NCBI RefSeq assembly: GCF_001194135.2
Contig: NC_068984.1
Coordinates: 130,734,657-130,798,656, forward strand
DNA length: 64,000 nucleotides
Reading direction: 5' to 3'
Source of the DNA: Octopus bimaculoides
Lineage: Eukaryota
The position numbers and the translations under genes were made by a program. Position 1 is the first letter of the stretch. Each line of letters opens with the position of its first letter. Under the pieces are notes generated by a model. That model was not told the DNA's origin, did no database searches, and was given only the letters and a program-made list of their open reading frames with translations. Of the stretch, positions 27,090 through 64,000 are shown piece by piece.

Positions 27090-27816
27090 TTCTGTTTTAG
27101 GCACAAAGGGTGAAGGTTAGCCAACACCATCAACCTCTGTACTCAGTTTGGTTGCTTTATTCTACTGAAGTCCAGACTGATGAAAGCAAGGTTGACCTCA
27201 GTACAATTTGAACTCAAAACTGTAAAGAGCTGAAACAAATCTTGCAAGGCATTTCGTCCAGTGCCATAACGATCCTGCCATTTATCTTGCACTTCTCATG
27301 TTAAGTCTCTCTTTTATCCTCTCCCAACTTGTTTCTATATGATGTAAAGTGTGACTGGAGGAACCAACCAACCAACCAACCAACATTTATGTCAGTTATT
27401 ATATACAGGGTGCCATTGTTGCCATTTTACATTTTTAATTTCTTGCATGAGCATCGTTTGTTTTTGATTTAGTCAACTACACAGGCTAATACACCATGTT
27501 TGTTGTTCCCTCACTTGATTTTGTCTTCTGTTTCTTTGTACAATTTCGAACCATATATCATCATCATCATCGTTATCGTCGCTTAACGTCCATCTTCCAT
27601 GCACACATGGGTAGGATGGTTCACTGGAGCTGGCCAGGCAGAAAAACTACCCTATGCTAGTGTCTATTTTGGCAGGGTTTTTATGGCTGGATGCCCTTCC
27701 TAAAACCAACCACTCTGCAGATTGACTTAGTGCTTTTTACGTGGCACAAGCACAAACAAGGTTAGTTTTGGCATGATTTTTGCAGCTGGATGCCCTTCCA
27801 ATGCCAACCACTTTAC

Positions 27817-27857
<41 letters not shown>

Positions 27858-27931
27858 CCAAGAAGAACTCATATTGCAGTACAATGAAGGATAGTAGGTC
27901 AAAACTTCAAAGTCACTATCACTCCTCTTCT

Positions 27932-28321
27932 GTTGTTGTTGTTGGCACTCCGTCGCTTACGATGTCGAGGGTTCCAGTTGATCCGATCAACGGAACAGCC
28001 TGCTCGTGAAATTAACGCGCAAGTGGCTGAGCACTCCACAGACACGTGTACCTTTAACGTAGTTCTTGGGGATATTCAGCGTGACACAGTGTGACAAGGC
28101 TGACCCTTTTGAATTACAGGCACAACAGAAACAGGAAATAAGAGTGAGAGAAAGTTGTGGTGGAAGAGTACAGCAGGGTTCGCCACCATCCCCTGCCGGA
28201 GCCTCATGGAGCTTTAGGTGTTTTCGCTCAATAAACACTCACAACGCCCAGTCTGGGAATCGAAACCGCGATCCTATGACCGCGAGTCCGCTGCCCTAAC
28301 CACTGGGCCATTGCGCCTCCA
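27932..28321 (-). mobile_element. tRNA-derived SINE family A, full length
   Basis: Head GGAGGCGCAATGGCCCAGTGGTTAGG...GGTTTCGATTCCC (A/B boxes), (CAA)n tail, perfect 12-bp TSD cactcctcttct at 27920-27931 and 28322-28333. Confidence 0.92.
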
Positions 28322-28502
28322 CACTCCTCTTCTAGAAAGAGTCTAATAAATATGTACTTTATAAAAAAAAACAAAATAAGTACTGAGTAATTTTTCAGTT
28401 TAATGTTTATTTTTATTGTAACTCGACATAAAAAAAAACATTAATATATATGTTTATACACACACCAAGATATATAGTTAGGCAATTATCTATCTCTCTG
28501 TC

Positions 28503-28533
<31 letters not shown>

Positions 28534-30076
28534 CCTACCTACCTATCTATCTATCTACCTGTCTACCTATCTATCTATCTATTTACACACAAAACTCCTG
28601 AACTGTGTACCTTGACAAAATCTCAGTCCCTTGTACAATACAAAATCAAAAGCTAATTTCTATTGGGACCCTGTTTTCTTACTTCCTCTCCTTTCCTTTA
28701 ATCCCTAAGCCTAATCTTCTACTGACCTAAATCTATCAGACAACATTTCAAAATGCTGTGGTTACCTCTGTTTAGGCAGTAGTGGTAGTGGTCGTAAAAT
28801 AGCGGTGGTTATGGTTACCTGTTGTTATGCCGCAGTTTGACCTGAATCTGTTCAGTGGGATTTAACAGTTTATACAGATTTAAACTCCCTTAATTCTAAG
28901 ATCCTAAGCTTCTACAGTGCGATTGCCCTAAATTTCTGCAAACATTCTGTGTCATTTCATACACATCAAATGGATGAAATCTTTGATCAGCAACATCTGG
29001 GGAATATATATATATATATATATTAATGTTCATCTTTATGTTGAAGTATACTCTTTACTCTTTTATTTGTTTCAGCCATTTGACTGCGGCCATGCTGGAG
29101 CACCGCCTTTAGTTGAGCAATCGACCCCAGGACTTATTCTTTGTAAGCCTAGTACTTATTCTAACAATGCAAGTGTAACCATAGTTTAGACCAGTGGTTC
29201 TCAACCATCTTTTGCCTACAGACCCCTCTGATTCCTATTTTACTCCAGGGGATTGAGGACAACCCTAATAGCCAATCGATGTTGGAAAACTCCTGCGTAT
29301 TCAGCTCACAATTGTAAGGTTGTGAGTTTGATTCCTGGTGGTGTGTGGTGTCCTTGAGCAAGTCACTTTATTTCACGGTGCTCCAGTCCAATCAGATGGT
29401 AAAATTGAGATGTACCCACATTTCAAAGGACAAGTTTTGTCACATTGTGTCACACTGAATATCTCTGAGAACTACATTAAGGGTACGTGTGTCTGTAGAG
29501 TGCTCAGCCAATTTCACGAGAAGAAGGCTGTTCTGTTGCTCAGATCAAAATAGAACCCTTGCTGTCATAACCAACAGGGTGCCAGTTCTTTTTATATCAT
29601 CATCATCCTTTAACGTCCGTTTTCCATGCTAGCATGGGTTGAATGGTTTGGCATGAGCTGGCCAGCTGAAGAACTGCCCAGGCTCCATGTCTGTTTTGGC
29701 ATGGTTCCTCCAGTTGGATGCCCTTCCTAATGCCAACCACTTTACAAAGGGTACTGGGTACTTTTACACAGCACCGGCACAGGTATGTTTACATAGCAGC
29801 AGCATGGCTGCTTTTTACGTGGCACCAGTACCCATGAGCCAACAAGATTAGGAACACTCAACTGGAGAAGGATGCAGGGGACATGTCTGTATTCAAGGAT
29901 AACAATGCTTATACTTAGCCTGATGTGTCTTCTCAAGCACAGCAAACCGCCAGGAGTCTCGGTCCCCCGTCATTCCTTCTGAGTCCCAACATCTGCAGGC
30001 CCTTATGATTAAATATTATTAGGAATTGTATGAAAAAAATGTTTAAATATTTTGTGTATTGTAGAAGTATAACCAA

Positions 30077-30082
30077 TTTATT
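30077..30082 (-). promoter_or_regulatory. Candidate polyadenylation signal of PRPF6
   Basis: AATAAA on the minus strand ~580 nt after the stop, followed by a U-rich stretch; not confirmed by transcripts. Confidence 0.4.
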
Positions 30083-30659
30083 GGATATAAATTTTAGCAA
30101 TAAAATCTTATATGGACCCTCGTTGAGAACCATTAATTTAGACAGAAGTATAACATGCTAACTACAGTAAAAACTCTTACATAACAGGTATAACTACAGT
30201 ACGACATAACACAGGTATAAGCTATAAAACAAACTCTAAATTTAACATAACAACACAACAGAATCAATATATACATCACCACAGTACAAACTCAAAATTT
30301 AACACAAATATAAGCAAAAGAAAGAAGACATAACAATTTAAATCCATCTTAAATACATTGACTTTAATCTTTCCTGAAGTATGATGATAATATTTACAGA
30401 ATGAACATTCAACCATTGAATGGAATTTCTGGAACACCAGAAGTATACATGAAGGCCACAGCTAACTCTTATCCATGTGATCTCTACGAGAGATTAGTGG
30501 CCGGGTGAAAAGGACCAGGGGGGGCAGATGAAGTAACATATCAATATGTTGGAATAATGAATTTAATATTTCTAGTTGTTGAGAGAAAGTGAATGTATTG
30601 ATAGAGTCTATCCATTTAACAAAGAAAATAAAAATCTGATTGTATGATGTCGGTAAGTA

Positions 30660-60015
<29,356 letters not shown>

Positions 60016-60529
60016 TTTGAACAGATGAAATAAATTCTGCAGTGAATCTAAAGTTGCTTTCTCATTCGTCAAAAATGAAACGTGGCTTTTTGCATGCACT
60101 GTTATAGCCCCAGGTCAGTACTGATTGAGCAGACCTATGATCAAAGGTATTTCAACCGTGGCCATCCCATCTGTTTCCTCTGTGCATGAAATCCGGGACC
60201 ACGTCATTCAATGTATTCTTTTCCAAGACGTTAGGGACATGACTTGAAGAGACTTTCGCTGCCATCTCTAACATGTCGAGTAATGTAAATACTCTCTGTT
60301 CGGTCCGTGACCCTGCAGTAAATATATGTATACAATATGTGTATATGAGACATGTATGATGAACAAAGTTTTATATTTATTTCGAATGTAATAATCTAAA
60401 CAGTGAATTGATTGACGGTGAAATCTTGACAAATCACTTTCTAAAAAAATATGACTAGAGATTTATTGTAGAAATCAGCTGATACCACACACACACATAC
60501 ACACACACATACACGTCATTATTGTAGAT

Positions 60530-60843
60530 CAGTGGTTCTCAACCATTAAAAAAAAATTATTTATGGATCCTTTTGTTCACTATTTTATTCTGGTGGACCC
60601 CCATAGCCAATCAATGTTTAAACACTAGTTTTATAGTTACTTCTTTCAAAATTCCTATTTTGTTTTATCACACATTCCCTCCTGTAAGCTGAGCTTTGTA
60701 AAATGTCAGAGCTGTTTCTTGCAATAAATACATATAAAGCAAAATTTTTTCCTGACCCATAAATTACTACTGAGGGCTGAATTCGCTATTTTGCTTGTGT
60801 GGACCCCTAAACATCTCATATGAACCCCGGTTGAGAATCATTG
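60530..60843. mobile_element. hAT MITE of a second family
   Basis: TIR CAGTGGTTCTCAACC / GGTTGAGAATCATTG; TSD ttgtagat / ctgtagat; related ends near 29188 and 63414. Confidence 0.82.
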
Positions 60844-61168
60844 CTGTAGATATTAAAAGGAGCACTCCGTCGGTTACGACGACGAGGGTTCCAGTTGATA
60901 CGATCAACGGAACAGCCTGCTCGTGAAATTAACGTGCAAGTGGCTGAGCAATCCACAGACACGTGTACCCCTAACGTAGTTCTCAGGGAGATTCAGCGTG
61001 ACACATAGTGTGACAAGGCCGGCCCTTTGAAATACAGGTACAACTCATTTTTGCCAGCTGAGAGGACTAGAGCAACGTGAAATAAAGTGTCTTGCTCAAG
61101 GACACAACGCGTCGCCGAGAATTGAACTCACGACCTTACAATAGTGAGTCGAATGCCCTAACCACTAA

Positions 61169-61654
61169 GCCACGCGCCTTCACTGTAGCTATTCTTTTCT
61201 GCTCTAAGTACAAGGCCCGAAATTTTTGGGGAGGGGGCCAGTCGATTAGATCAATCTCAGTACGCAACTGGTACTTAATTTATCGACCCCGCAAGGATGA
61301 AAGGCAAAGTTGACCTCAGCGGAATTTGAACTGAGAACGTAAAGACAAGCGAAATACCGCTAATCATTTCGCTCGGCGTGTTAACGTTTCTCATTTCTTT
61401 ATTACCCACAAGGAGCTAAACCTAGAGAGGACAAACAAGGACTGACAAAGGGATTAAGTCGATTACATCGACCCCAGTGCGTAACTGGTACTTAATTTAT
61501 CGACCCCGAAAGGATGAAAGGCAAAGTCGACCTTGGCGGAATTTGAACTGAGAACGTAAAGACAAGCGAAATACCAATTTCTTTATTGCCCACAGGGGGC
61601 CACCGCTAAGCATTTCGCTCGGCGTGCTAACGTTTCTGCCAGCCCGCCGCCTTC
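61169..61654 (-). mobile_element. Composite (dimeric) SINE family B insertion
   Basis: Two family B bodies with different tails, flanked by the direct repeat ttcactgtag (61159-61168 and 61655-61664). Confidence 0.82.
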
Positions 61655-62488
61655 TTCACTGTAGATATTAATGAAGCAAAGAACCAGACACTGCAAAGTT
61701 TTCCTCCTACTCACTCAACACAATACATTATATTGCTCATGATATATCCACGAGTCACGTAGATGAAAATTATTGTTAAAAACTTAGTAAACTTTAGCAA
61801 ATGTGAAATGAATATTTCTTGAGTAAGATGCTGTCTCCCGCATTCTCAAAATATCAATTTCGGATTATCCAAATCTAAGTAAAGTGCGCGTGAACTAGTA
61901 GTTAGGGTGTTGCACGCGAGATGACAGTTTCGATTACCGAACCGGGCGGTTCGTCTTGCTCTTGAGCAAAACATTTCATCTCACGTTGCTCTGTGATCAC
62001 TTCAACACCTGCCATGAGGCATACAGGCGATGTCTATTTGATGGGAGGAGTGATCTAATGTACAGTACAAATATTTGATCGCTATATAAAAAATAAAAGC
62101 ATCTGAACAAGTTGCTTTCACTAAGAAATTGCGGAAGCTCCATCCGTAGTCTACAGGAGAAATAAAGTGAAGCAATGTCGTAGAGATTGTTTTTCTGAAC
62201 TAAATACCTTGCTCATTTGGATATTTTGATTCGACTATTTACTAGTCTGGAAATAAGGGCGGTAACTCTTTGTAGTCTTATCTTTCGCTGCTTTCCTATA
62301 CTAATTTCTTCCATAGATGCACAGCCTATATTAAGAAAGGATCAACGTTTCATATCGGCCTTTTCTTATGAAAACCCTCCTAACGCTTTATCCGAAAAAT
62401 TTGTTTTTATAATAGATATTTACGTACTATACTTAATGTACACACGCTATCGATAGACCAGTTACTGCAGTATTTGTTTTGAGTTAGC

Positions 62489-62867
62489 GGAGGCGCAATG
62501 GCCCAGTGGTTAGGGCAGCGGACTCGCGGTCATAGGATCGCGGTTTCGATTCCCAGACCGGGCGTTGGGAGTGTTTATTGAGCGAAAACACCTAAAGCTC
62601 CACGAGGCTCCGGTAGGGGATGGTGGAGAGCCCTGTTGTACTCTTTCACCACAACTTTCTCTCACTCTTACTTCCTGTTTCTGTTGTACCTGTATTTCAA
62701 AAGGTCAGCCTTGTCACACTGTCACGCTGAATATCCCCGAGAACTACGTTAAGGGTAGACGTGTCTGTGGAGTGCTCAGCCACTTGCACGTTAATTTCAC
62801 AAGCAGGTTGTTCCGTTGAAAGGATCAACTGGAACCCTCGACGTCGTAAGCGACGGAGTGCCAACAA
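62489..62867 (+). mobile_element. tRNA-derived SINE family A, full length
   Basis: Same sequence; 14-bp TSD tgttttga(g/a)tta(g/a)c at 62475-62488 and 62868-62881. Confidence 0.9.
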
Positions 62868-63570
62868 TGTTTTGAATTAACAAAACACAATTATGTTTTT
62901 GACACAGCACACATAAAATATTAGTTTTTAATACAGTAAGTCCAAAAGACATGTTATTTCAGAAGAAATGCTGCTGTAACTGGCCTATCAACACTGTGTA
63001 TACATTAAGTATGATACATGGATGGCTATTTTAATTCAATACTGCCTCAGTTGCTTACAATGGATTTGTTTTTATAGTTTAACTAAAATAGGAAGGGTAG
63101 TGTCTTCGACATTTTTTTGAGTGACACCGGATTTCATACGAACAAGGGAGTAAGACATTACCTCATAGAATATCCTCAGAGCAGAGATGACGCTTTTATG
63201 AAAAGGGGAGCACTTTTAGGACTGCTGTACAGGCTTGTATGGGATGAAGCAAACTAAGAGGCTGCCCCGGGCAACATAGTATCTGGCTAATCCACTGGAG
63301 CCTACCAGCCAACAGTCGACATAGACCATCTCTAATTTCTTGTAATTCATCTTCTATAAATTCATATTGACGACTGGACATTCATTGTCAACAACTGACT
63401 GCCTATGTTAGACCAGTGGTTCTGAACCAGGATCCATTCGTTCCATTTATAAAATGCGTGGAGATCTATTTATCGCTGATCTTTTAAAACCAAACTCCGT
63501 GATAAATGAGCAAAGACGTACAGTTAATTTTATAATTAGTCCTTTACATTTAGAACCATCTCAAGTTATA

Positions 63571-64000
63571 TCATAATATATAAAGCTGAAATTGTGTGTC
63601 TGTGTGAAGCCTTTTTAAAAGTTTATAGAAATCCACATTTTCCACTTGTGTTCACTCAACTGTAAATGGCTAACCTGCGACGGACTTGCGTTCTGATCAG
63701 GGAGAACGTGGGGCTGCCCACCTAGCCAGCGGGGTGGTATCATTCGAAAGCTACAACGATGCGAGAAATGGTGACCAACAATGCATAAAAGCATCCGATA
63801 GTCTTGCCGATACAGTGATATATATATATATATATATATATATCTTAATATATAAATCTGAAGTTGTGTGTCTGTGTGAAGCCTTTTTGAAAGTTTATAG
63901 AAATCCACATTTTCCACTTTTTCGTAAAAATTTTTACATCAATGGAATTTTCTCGATGTGAACTTTCCAGTGCAGTAATTAGATTTTTAAAATTCCGTTT
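63571..64000 (+). mobile_element. Two tandem Helitron-like 5' ends
   Basis: A|TC..ATATATAAA.CTGAA.TTGTGTGTCTGTG starts at 63571 and 63843; ~76 nt near-identical. Confidence 0.45.

Noticed and set aside
27932-28321. tRNA gene at the SINE A heads (also 33428, 62489)
   Set aside because: A/B boxes are present, but there is no acceptor stem closure, and the head continues into a common SINE body with TSDs.
63196-63381. ORF MSSRQYEFIEDELQEIRDGLCRLLAG...
   Set aside because: No recognisable homology, weak splice signals, and adjacent to a degenerate hAT end.

Overview
AT-rich animal genomic DNA, dense in microsatellites and SINEs, with 7 assembly gaps. The repeat style suggests an octopus or other coleoid cephalopod (inference, not verified). 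The main gene is a complete 25-exon PRPF6 on the minus strand (CDS 60015->30660, 2799 nt, 932 aa). I traced it exon by exon; all 24 introns are GT-AG with consistent phases. Also on the minus strand are the first coding exon of an ASAP-family Arf-GAP (9202->9077; gene continues beyond the left edge) and a possible unannotated terminal exon running into the gap at 17514-17821. The rest is transposon material: three tRNA-like SINE families, hAT and piggyBac-like MITEs, mariner and L1/Tx1 fragments, and foldback elements. The most unusual signals are four hammerhead-ribozyme-like motifs. Two form a family with a non-canonical CUGUNGA core, and one caps a ~75-bp-arm hairpin in PRPF6 intron 21 in the sense orientation.
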